Both the position numbers and the translations under genes were made by a program. A stretch of 64,000 bases of DNA from a virus. This document shows positions 27,708 through 36,101 of the stretch, piece after piece (within the stretch, counting starts at the first letter, position 1; every line of letters starts with the position of its first letter). The DNA lies in IMG/VR virus record IMGVR_UViG_3300035670_000033, positions 64,001 through 128,000 of that record; one strand, given 5' to 3'. The notes under the pieces were generated by a model. It was not told the origin of the DNA. It made no database searches and saw only the letters and a program-made list of their open reading frames with translations.

Positions 27708-30572
27708 TTACAATCCTAATAGCAAGTCGGCGATCCTTGATGGATCAACATCGGTCAAATATTTCATTTTCTTTTGTGGTCTTTCGCCAATTCTGACAAC
27801 AGCCTGATCTCCAGCCCTTGGATTCGGTGTTCCATCTCCGCCTGTTTTTAGAACATCATTAACCATATTCAAATATGGGTTTTTTCTTTCGGCTTCGCGA
27901 ATAGATTTCTGCACATCGGCAACCGCGGCTATTACCTCACGCCTACTCAGTCTCCCCTGTCTAACCTGTTCGCGAAGAGTTGAAAGCATGTCGTTTCGTC
28001 CACCACCGTAACTATCTCGTAGCCACCCTACAAAACCAGCGTCGTCGCCATCAAATGCTTCAAATGCTCTACCTCCCCAGTTGACATCAAAACCAAGAGA
28101 TGGGTCAATTGGAACAAATCGGAGTTTCCCGTTCGCGTCTGGCGCAACAAAAAAGTTACCACCGTGACGATCTCTATTAACAATTACAAAGTCCATTAAT
28201 GTCGCACGAACACGATCAGACGGCTTTATGTCGCCCATATTCGCAACGTCTCTTCCCAATCGCAGTCTTCCTTCAACATAGTTTCCTGCGTGTTCGTAAA
28301 CTATTGCGCGACCACCGCTATGTGGTACACCATTCCCGCCTTTTTGTTTGCCGTCTAGTCGCAAACCACCAACGGGCATGCCGAAACGACCTGCGAGATT
28401 ATTGCCGACCATTTCGTGAATATCTTCGTTTTCCGCCTGTGCACCAGCCTGATATTTAAGGAAATACTGTTTCCCTGTTACGGAATCCGTAAACATGTGC
28501 ATGTTGTCAGGGATCATTCCGTTAACTCCACCACCAGCATCCTGTTTGCTGAATCTATTCGTCGCACCATGTAACGCTTCTCCCAAGAATTCGTCTGGTA
28601 CGTCGGCTAAATCTCCACCTTGTTCTAGGTGAGCGATTGCTTGTCCCTTGGTGTCAATTCCTTTATTTCCCACAGGAACGCTTTTCACGTCAGGGAGACC
28701 ATCTTCTCCTTTGGAATTTAGTTTCTCTGGTGCGTGATCTTGCTTCGCTGAAGGTGGAGAAACATCCCAACCTCCTTCGGGCTCTGGTATTTCCGCTGGT
28801 CTATCAGGTGGGCGGACTGGAGGTTGTACTCGTGGGGCATTAGGGGCTTCAACATTGTTGTTGGCAACAACAGGAGGTCTTTGCCTGAAGGCAATATCCG
28901 CCTCAATTTCAACAGCCCTTAATTCAGCAGCGGCAACATTCTCTTTAATTTTTTCTTTTTGCGCCCATGATCGCAATAAATTCTCTCGGGCTTCATCTCT
29001 TTCTCTTTGATTTCCGTTTTTCTTAGAACGCCAGTCGTCGTATGCTTTATCAAAACCAGTTTGTGCCTGTTTCAAAAGGTCTTGATATTCATTTTTTTTG
29101 CCTAAAACTTGTTCCCTTGACAGGTTGCGCAAATTGTTGTAGGCGTTTGGCTTGTATCTTGCAACTTCATCTTTGACTATTTTGACCAAATCTTTATCTC
29201 CCGGCTGGTCAAACTCTGCATCTGGGTTTATGTCTCTTGCAGGAATCGGTGGTGGACCTGCTGGTCGTGCGGGTGCTTTTGGTGCGGGCGCTGGCGGTGC
29301 AGGCTGTGGCGCTCCTGCCTGTTGTGCAAATATTTGTTGGTTAACAAAATTGCCACGAGCATTACGCTTATTGTTGTCACCGTAATAGCGACCGAACCTT
29401 CTTTCTAGTTCGGCTCTCTCTTCACCTTCAGGGAAATCTGGTTTACGCCAATACGCATCTTCGGGTAGCCCGCGAAGATCACCGAAACGGTTACGAACAT
29501 TGCGAATAGAAGCAGCGTCTGGAACGCTTCCACCCAACTCGTCTGCTGTTGGATTCCATGCGGGTGGATCAGGAATTGGTGTTGATGGTTTCTGTTGTTC
29601 TGGCGGTTTTGGTGCAGGTTTTCTGCGTGGCACCTTCGTCGGTTCGGGTTTAGCACTGTCAACAAAATCTGCTTCAGGCTTTCTTCTTGCTGTTCGTTTC
29701 GCGCCCTGTTGTGCTGCGGCTCGTCGTCGGCGTCGTGGAGCATTCGGTCTTGGTGGTTCACCTGTACGCGGTGCGCCGGGTTCAACTAATTCTCGTTCCA
29801 TTCTTCGTGCTTCAGATTCGCGAAGGTTCCCTTGTCGGCGAGGTGCTTTTTTACCTCTACGATTCAGTTCCGCGTTAACTTTGTCTAGACGTTGCCGTGC
29901 GGTAGATCTTTGAACACTGACAGGGAGCATACCGATTCTTCCGTCATCACGAGGTTTGTCCACTGCGTCTCGCAGAATGTCAACTGCTCGTTGTGCGTCT
30001 TGATACTGTTTTTCTAGATCTTCATCACTCATAGTGCGAAGGTTCTCTACATATGGATCTTTGTCATCTCGTCTCGGAAGTGCGGGAATATCGCGAGTTG
30101 GCATTACTGGACGGGCTGGAGGTTGCGCAGGGATTCTTGGGCGTGCTGTTGGTCGTGCCTGTTGCGGAGCCTGTCCACCCTCAAGTGCTTCTGCAATATT
30201 TCTTGCACCACGCTCAAGAAAACCTGGCTTGTTCTGACGAGCCAACATTCGTTGTACACGAGCATTGCGTCTTGCCAAACGGTCGTTTCGTTTGCGGTCA
30301 TCAATGTTTTCTAAACGCTCACCGATATCTGCGATTTGGTTTGCAATACGACGTGCAACACCCCATCCGCATGAGCGACCAAATCTGTCGGTTATCTGTC
30401 CACCGTAACGGGTGCCAACCGGGCATCGCCATCCTCCGCGACGATTCGTTCCGGGGATAGAAAGACTCGGATCCCAAATCGCTCTAACGCCTTTTACTTC
30501 ATAACTGAAAGTACTGGATGTTTGTTCAGAGAGGAAAGTAAGAGCCTTAAAATTTACTTCGTTTTTGAGCAT
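27708..30572 (-). CDS. Cys-tagged polymorphic effector with C-terminal HipA/PI3K-like kinase
   Basis: Same tag; C-terminal YFLKY...HEMVG...LMDFVIVNRDRHGGNF...FVPIDPSLGF. Confidence 0.78.
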   Translation of the reverse strand: MLKNEVNFKALTFLSEQTSSTFSYEVKGVRAIWDPSLSIPGTNRRGGWRCPVGTRYGGQITDRFGRSCGWGVARRIANQIADIGERLENIDDRKRNDRLARRNARVQRMLARQNKPGFLERGARNIAEALEGGQAPQQARPTARPRIPAQPPARPVMPTRDIPALPRRDDKDPYVENLRTMSDEDLEKQYQDAQRAVDILRDAVDKPRDDGRIGMLPVSVQRSTARQRLDKVNAELNRRGKKAPRRQGNLRESEARRMERELVEPGAPRTGEPPRPNAPRRRRRAAAQQGAKRTARRKPEADFVDSAKPEPTKVPRRKPAPKPPEQQKPSTPIPDPPAWNPTADELGGSVPDAASIRNVRNRFGDLRGLPEDAYWRKPDFPEGEERAELERRFGRYYGDNNKRNARGNFVNQQIFAQQAGAPQPAPPAPAPKAPARPAGPPPIPARDINPDAEFDQPGDKDLVKIVKDEVARYKPNAYNNLRNLSREQVLGKKNEYQDLLKQAQTGFDKAYDDWRSKKNGNQRERDEARENLLRSWAQKEKIKENVAAAELRAVEIEADIAFRQRPPVVANNNVEAPNAPRVQPPVRPPDRPAEIPEPEGGWDVSPPSAKQDHAPEKLNSKGEDGLPDVKSVPVGNKGIDTKGQAIAHLEQGGDLADVPDEFLGEALHGATNRFSKQDAGGGVNGMIPDNMHMFTDSVTGKQYFLKYQAGAQAENEDIHEMVGNNLAGRFGMPVGGLRLDGKQKGGNGVPHSGGRAIVYEHAGNYVEGRLRLGRDVANMGDIKPSDRVRATLMDFVIVNRDRHGGNFFVAPDANGKLRFVPIDPSLGFDVNWGGRAFEAFDGDDAGFVGWLRDSYGGGRNDMLSTLREQVRQGRLSRREVIAAVADVQKSIREAERKNPYLNMVNDVLKTGGDGTPNPRAGDQAVVRIGERPQKKMKYLTDVDPSRIADLLLGL

Positions 30573-32288
30573 TTACGATTTCTTTCGCTCTTTCGCGAGG
30601 TCGGGTTTGATGAATGTTTCGTAAAGCCAGCGCGGAGCCTTTCGCTTGACACCATCAGTACCAGTGTATTCAACAAGTTGAAGTGCATCTGGAATCTCAC
30701 CACTGTCAACATTGAATTTGAATGCGCCTTCTGACGCGTTAGCAAAATCTTCAATATTTTTTATGATGTTGTCTTTGTTGCTTGACTCGGCAAGAGAGTT
30801 AATCATTCGCGGAAACTTTCGCTTCTCACCGATAGTGAAAGGACGTGATCGTTCAATACTGATGCTCACACCGTTGGGCGCAACGAAAGCAATTTTACTC
30901 ATTGAAGGACCACCCAATAGCGCTAGGTCATCAGCACCTATGTCAGATGGAAGTTGAACTGCGCGAACCATTGCACCGTCAACCATGTCAGGGTTCTCAC
31001 TGAAGGAACGCAAAACCGATGATGGAACTACAGGGCGAAGAACCACTCCATCTCTGCGGATCATTCGTCCTTCGCCTCGTGGAGCACCCTTCAAAAGACT
31101 CACCGCATCCGACACAGACTTGCCGAACCTATCTTTTTGGAAAGCACCTGTTCTTGGTATTTGCGCCATGCGTTGAATCTGTATGGTGCGCGTATTGCTT
31201 GGATTTCCTTCTAATACTTCAGAAAGGTTTTCTGCTCGTGCTTGTGGAAGTCGTGTGGTTGCCCCTCGTACCGCGCGAGCGGCTAGTGCGAGTGGTCCTG
31301 GTATTTCAAACAGTTGCGCACCACAGGTTGAAAAACGGTTGTCCGTGAATCGTCCACCATATTCAAAACCAGCAGGGCATCGTGCTTGACGCTTGCGATT
31401 GGGCTTTAGTCTACTTAACGCTCCACCGCCCCCACCGGGTACGAGTGCACCATAAACTCGTGAACGGATAGGTGATGTAAGTGGTGAAATGTTCCCCGGC
31501 GTTAGTGCAGAACCAACGGCTTGTGCCGCTCTGCCTGCCGTGCTTCCAGAACCTATAAGTCCTGCTTTCGTTTCCATGTCCTCTGCATCGTCTTTGCCGA
31601 CACGGTATCCACCACCACGTTTTTTATATTCACGAACAAGCCAAGCATTAGCGTAAGCAGATGGGTATACATTGAATTTCTTTTTTGCTTCTGCTTTGAC
31701 CCGTGCATAAAGTTCAGGGTCTGTGGGGATATTTTCGCTCTTGAATTCTTCTCCATCGGACTTAAATGTGGAGACATTGATCGGCTTGTTTTCTTCCCGA
31801 TCTCCTGTTGTTTCTGCTCGTCGTTTTCTGCGTACCGCTGAATCAATTTCTTCCGCAGACATTTTCATGGCGGTAGATTTCTTTACACACTTAGGGTATT
31901 TACCTGAATCTGCGTCCCCGCGACCGCAAGGTTCAAAACCGCCACCTTTTTTAGGGCGTGAAATGTCAACCCATTCTTCTTCAAACCATTTGCCCAAACC
32001 ACCACGCTTGGTTTCATCACCGACGAATGTTTCTGCACCGAGCCTTGAGGAGCGAGACTTCAGGTAAAGTTTTGCTTTGAAGTTTAGAAGAGTTCTGCTT
32101 CCGTCAAGTGGAGTTTTACGAACATCTGATCCTTTAGTAAAAAGGAATTTTGTTTTCGCATTATCAGGATTAAAATAAAGTTCCTCACCCGAGACAATAT
32201 TTGTGCGTTTCATGGCAGTTTTCATGCGCATGGACATACGGAGTTTCCTTGCGAAATACTCAAAGTCTTGGTTGAGGTAGTTGCTCAT
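30573..32288 (-). CDS. Modular head-associated protein (DUF5872-like modules + divergent Cys tag + unknown C-terminal domain)
   Basis: GLGKWFEEEWVDI...PCGR...YPKC; PTDPELYARVK...SAYANAWLVREYKKRGGGY; RCPAGFEYGGRFTDNRFSTC. Confidence 0.6.
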   Translation of the reverse strand: MSNYLNQDFEYFARKLRMSMRMKTAMKRTNIVSGEELYFNPDNAKTKFLFTKGSDVRKTPLDGSRTLLNFKAKLYLKSRSSRLGAETFVGDETKRGGLGKWFEEEWVDISRPKKGGGFEPCGRGDADSGKYPKCVKKSTAMKMSAEEIDSAVRRKRRAETTGDREENKPINVSTFKSDGEEFKSENIPTDPELYARVKAEAKKKFNVYPSAYANAWLVREYKKRGGGYRVGKDDAEDMETKAGLIGSGSTAGRAAQAVGSALTPGNISPLTSPIRSRVYGALVPGGGGGALSRLKPNRKRQARCPAGFEYGGRFTDNRFSTCGAQLFEIPGPLALAARAVRGATTRLPQARAENLSEVLEGNPSNTRTIQIQRMAQIPRTGAFQKDRFGKSVSDAVSLLKGAPRGEGRMIRRDGVVLRPVVPSSVLRSFSENPDMVDGAMVRAVQLPSDIGADDLALLGGPSMSKIAFVAPNGVSISIERSRPFTIGEKRKFPRMINSLAESSNKDNIIKNIEDFANASEGAFKFNVDSGEIPDALQLVEYTGTDGVKRKAPRWLYETFIKPDLAKERKKS

Positions 32289-32416
32289 TTTGTCAGTTCT
32301 TTAGGTGCTAATTGATCTGGCAGGGATTTTCCCATTGCATACTGGGCACCAACCCGCTATCTAAAGAATATCAGGTTGATGCCTTCTTGAATATTTGCGT
32401 ACTTAGACAGTGGCTT

Positions 32417-32617
32417 TCAGCCGTCTTGTTTTACTGGCTCCCAATATCCTCGGGAAAGAACCGAGTCAATCATGACTTCCGTTTGGACGCCGTTCCCCAT
32501 TTGTATGAAACCCATTCTCCTAGACACACCTTCCACAGGGCTGTCATGGGTGTAAAAAAGTTTATCGTTACCCCTGTTGGCTATGTGCTGATTGTTGACT
32601 AAGTGCTGATTTTTCAT
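32417..32617 (-). CDS. Small partner (immunity-like) protein
   Basis: 66 aa ending DSVLSRGYWEP, overlaps the stop of the DUF3626-like gene. Confidence 0.5.
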   Translation of the reverse strand: MKNQHLVNNQHIANRGNDKLFYTHDSPVEGVSRRMGFIQMGNGVQTEVMIDSVLSRGYWEPVKQDG

Positions 32618-34290
32618 ACAGGCGATTCTTCCTCTACTAATTCTTGTTCTGTCTTCACCACATCCATAATTGTCCCCGACTGCACATCAAACTTTTGATT
32701 TTTCCTTACAGGTGCGACACGAATGCCTGCTTTTTCAAGTTTTTCTCTGATGGTTTCAAAGTCTTTTTCGGTGACACTGTTACCAAACGGATCGTTGTCG
32801 TCAACGGCGATAACGGCAAATTCAACGTCTCCTGTGGATACGCCTCCGTGCAATTGTGCTTCCGCATACTCAATTTTGTATGGACTCCAAACCGCATCTG
32901 CGCTTGGTGTGCCAATAGGTGCTGGTTTGTAGGTAGGTCTTCCGAGACTGTCTCCACCTGTATATGTTGAGCGCGACTCAATGTCTTTTTTCATCATCAA
33001 CTGAATGGCACCATAAGTTCTGACTTCGGTCAACGAATCACGGTCAACCTTCCCGTTCTGTGTGAGATATCCGTAAATAGGACGCTTTGACGGCTCAACA
33101 CTTGGGTGGTACCCCAACTGAACAGCCTCTGATTGTGCGCGTTGACCAAAATCCAAAGTACCCATAGATGTACCTGTTTCAAACTGCGATTTGAAACGAC
33201 CAGATTCAAGTATCTTGTCCAAAACATCGGGTTGTACTGCAATTGTCACGCGCGAGTTTTCTATGGTTTCTTTCGCTGTTTGCAAACGACGCTCTTCACT
33301 AAAGTTTTCATCAAAGGCGGTGACGTTTCCGGCTCTAGTTTGCGCCTGCCATCTTTTGTGTCTGAGTAAATCAACTTGTGCTTCAACAATTATTTTTGTT
33401 TCATCTGAATTGAAACCTAGATTTCCGTATTCAGTTGTTGCTATTTTCGCGTAGGCGTCCATCAGATCTGTTACTTCGCTGTCTGTTGTATTTGGATCTT
33501 GAATTAACGGCAAAGAACGATCATATTTATCTTGTACTGAACTTGGGAAAGTCCCAACTAGAAGCATCTTCAATGGTCTTCCAGTTTCCTTTGCTTCGGC
33601 GATGTCATCTGTTGGGGTGCGAACATCATCAAGTTCTTTTTCTTTTTCTTTTTTATCTTTACGCCTTTTCAGGCTTGCTAGCACAAAGTTTCTTGCGTCA
33701 ACCGCAGCATCTTTTTTGAGTTTTGACGCAACCGCTTCCAACTGTTCTTTTTTCTTGTCAGATATTTTGCCTCGTTTATGTAGCGAATCAGAAGCAAAAT
33801 CCAATAGTTGCCCCCCACCAACCCTTAATAGCATCGCGCTCATGAGTGTGGAATCAGTAAGAGAACCTGAACCGTCTACATGCATATAATCTAATGTTTG
33901 TAAAGCCAAGAGCGCTGTTGCTTTTGCGCCATTCCTTATATTTTCGTTTTTTAGGATGCCTCTAGCACCATCAATGAGTTTCCCAGCCATAGAAGCCGCC
34001 CCGCGGGCTGCTGATTCAGCAGAAGGTGTAAGACAGTTTGACATTTGCATGTCGGTAAATTGGTTCGCATTTGGAGTTCCGGGCGGGCATCGTAGTTTGC
34101 CTGATGAGTCAACAATAACACCAGCGGCTCGCGCTGCTCTTACTCCAACAGAACCTAGTTCGGGTTTATCTTTGATCGTCGGACCAAGAAAACCTTTGAA
34201 TAAAAGAATGTTATCTTGGACAACTTTCACCGACTGAAAATAGTCGGCTACTCTCTCGTTTGCGTCAAATGCGCGAGACGATTTGCTCAT
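32614..34290 (-). CDS. Cys-tagged effector with C-terminal DUF3626-like (ART-like) domain
   Basis: LRCPPGTPNANQFTDMQMSNC tag; GRFKSQFETGTS...RPIYG...YG...TYTGGDS...YAEAQLHG; start MSKSS with GGAGGAG SD. Confidence 0.7.
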   Translation of the reverse strand: MSKSSRAFDANERVADYFQSVKVVQDNILLFKGFLGPTIKDKPELGSVGVRAARAAGVIVDSSGKLRCPPGTPNANQFTDMQMSNCLTPSAESAARGAASMAGKLIDGARGILKNENIRNGAKATALLALQTLDYMHVDGSGSLTDSTLMSAMLLRVGGGQLLDFASDSLHKRGKISDKKKEQLEAVASKLKKDAAVDARNFVLASLKRRKDKKEKEKELDDVRTPTDDIAEAKETGRPLKMLLVGTFPSSVQDKYDRSLPLIQDPNTTDSEVTDLMDAYAKIATTEYGNLGFNSDETKIIVEAQVDLLRHKRWQAQTRAGNVTAFDENFSEERRLQTAKETIENSRVTIAVQPDVLDKILESGRFKSQFETGTSMGTLDFGQRAQSEAVQLGYHPSVEPSKRPIYGYLTQNGKVDRDSLTEVRTYGAIQLMMKKDIESRSTYTGGDSLGRPTYKPAPIGTPSADAVWSPYKIEYAEAQLHGGVSTGDVEFAVIAVDDNDPFGNSVTEKDFETIREKLEKAGIRVAPVRKNQKFDVQSGTIMDVVKTEQELVEEESPV

Positions 34291-34302
34291 CGTCTCCTCC
34301 AA

Positions 34303-34569
34303 CTATTCTTTGCTGGTTTCTGTCGCTTTTGTAAGTGTGGAAAGTGGAACAACATCATCATCCTCTACTGCTTTTTTAGGAGCCTTCTTCGTTTCCACTT
34401 TTTGCTCTACGACAACTTCTTGCTCAACAGTTTCTTCTTTTACTTCAACTTCAATAACCGCAGGAGTATCTACCACAACAACATCTGGTGTTGGCTGTAT
34501 TTCTTCCTTGGTATCAAAGGTTAAGCCAGAAGTACTGACTGAATCATTGATTTGGTTTTTCTTTTTCAC
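34303..34569 (-). CDS. Small acidic low-complexity protein
   Basis: 88 aa, V/E/K/T rich. Confidence 0.45.
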   Translation of the reverse strand: MKKKNQINDSVSTSGLTFDTKEEIQPTPDVVVVDTPAVIEVEVKEETVEQEVVVEQKVETKKAPKKAVEDDDVVPLSTLTKATETSKE

Positions 34570-36047
34570 TTATCCAAACCTGTTTCAATTTCAAGCATTT
34601 CAAGTTCCATCAAACTGCTCAAGAACTCTTTTGCTTCATCATCAAGAAGGGTCTTCTCTTCTGACCACTCAGCAGGAATCATGTCCTCTTTGTCAAGTTC
34701 CATTGCACGCTTTTTGATGTGTGCCATTGCCTTGCTCTTGTCTTTTGCGCGACCATAAGCCATGATTGCGTTCTTGAGGTCTTCCTCGTCCTTGATTGGG
34801 TAAGAACCGTCAGCCATAGCCATTCCGCCCTTAGCCATTTCCATGCGCTCATCTTCGTCGTACATTGCCTTCAAAGCAATGTCGGCTACTTCTTCGTCAA
34901 TGTCGGCTGCTTCTTCAGGATCGTATTCATCAAAGCCAAGGATTTCTCCGTCTACTCCGACATAAACATCGTAAGACTTTCCATCCAAACCTTCAATTTC
35001 AACTGCGTATGCGTCGTAACCGTCAAACATGTCTGCATCAACGGAAACAACATCGCCTTCAATTGACTTTGTTGCGATTGCTGAAGCCTCACTGAAAGAA
35101 ATTACTTTCTGACCCGGAACGGTTACTACTTCACCGATCAGATCTTCGTTAAGAAGATGCCAACCCATGCACTCACCGCTTGTTCCGTCAAAGTAAGCCT
35201 CAACAGGTTTTCCATCTTTGCGTTGAACATCTACAACGAAGATGTCTACTTCGTCTGCATAGCCTGAGTCAAGAACTTTTCCTGCGAACATACTCTCAGC
35301 CATACCTTCAACTTCAAGAAGGCTTGGCATTGTGTCTTGTTGTTCACATCCACCTGGACATGAAGCGCAGATTTCCGAACCACCTGAATAAACGCGACGC
35401 TCAATAGCGCAAACAAAAGCAAGATCGTCATAGTCAGCAGACTTGACACCCATTGTCTCCATGCGCTTTGCGCGTGCCTTCTTGCGCTGTTCCATCATCT
35501 TTTCAATCTCGCCATACATCTTTTCTTCTTCATCGTCAAGATCTTCAGGCATGTCTTCTTCGTCGTCTTCCTCTTCCATTTCCACGACTTCAGCAGGCTT
35601 CTTTTTCTTTTTGGTTGAAGAGGTTGACATTTCGTCTTCCATCATCGCAAGATCTTCTTCCAACTTTGCGCCCTTCTCTTCCGAAGCGGTAACCCATTCC
35701 GATTTCTCCACTGGTGTTGCTGCCTCAGGCGCGGCATCTGCTGGAACTTCTTCTTCTGTTTGTGTTACAGCCTTCGCTCCACACTTGCCACAAACTTTTG
35801 CGCCGGGCTTGTAGCCACAGTCTTTTAGTTCTAAACCTTTTGCACACTCAATTCCGCCGTCTGCTAAAAGTTTTACTGTCGGTGTTTCGCTAGCCATGTT
35901 CGTGGACTCCTTGTAGTGCATCGTTTTAGCGATACACCTTGATGGATTAGAGCAAACAGAGCATGGCGTCAGACGCTTTTCGCCTGACATCAAACACTGA
36001 TACTTTGCTGTTTTTTGTGGTAAACCTGTTATTGAAGTATAACTCAT
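34566..36047 (-). CDS. Acidic head-assembly protein with Cys clusters, tandem PepSY-like domains and a C-terminal capsid-associated module (start possibly 35897)
   Basis: PSLLEVEGMAE...VVDVQRKDG...FDGTSGE and ISFSEASAIA...YAVEIEGLDG...VDGEIL (PepSY pattern); ADGSYPIK...DLKNAI.AYGRA...HIKKRA..L...IP..W. Confidence 0.6.
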   Translation of the reverse strand: MSYTSITGLPQKTAKYQCLMSGEKRLTPCSVCSNPSRCIAKTMHYKESTNMASETPTVKLLADGGIECAKGLELKDCGYKPGAKVCGKCGAKAVTQTEEEVPADAAPEAATPVEKSEWVTASEEKGAKLEEDLAMMEDEMSTSSTKKKKKPAEVVEMEEEDDEEDMPEDLDDEEEKMYGEIEKMMEQRKKARAKRMETMGVKSADYDDLAFVCAIERRVYSGGSEICASCPGGCEQQDTMPSLLEVEGMAESMFAGKVLDSGYADEVDIFVVDVQRKDGKPVEAYFDGTSGECMGWHLLNEDLIGEVVTVPGQKVISFSEASAIATKSIEGDVVSVDADMFDGYDAYAVEIEGLDGKSYDVYVGVDGEILGFDEYDPEEAADIDEEVADIALKAMYDEDERMEMAKGGMAMADGSYPIKDEEDLKNAIMAYGRAKDKSKAMAHIKKRAMELDKEDMIPAEWSEEKTLLDDEAKEFLSSLMELEMLEIETGLDK

Positions 36048-36101
36048 AATAGTGTTTTGTTTCTGCTACAAATGGAACCAATACAAAAACCGTATGATTA
36101 T

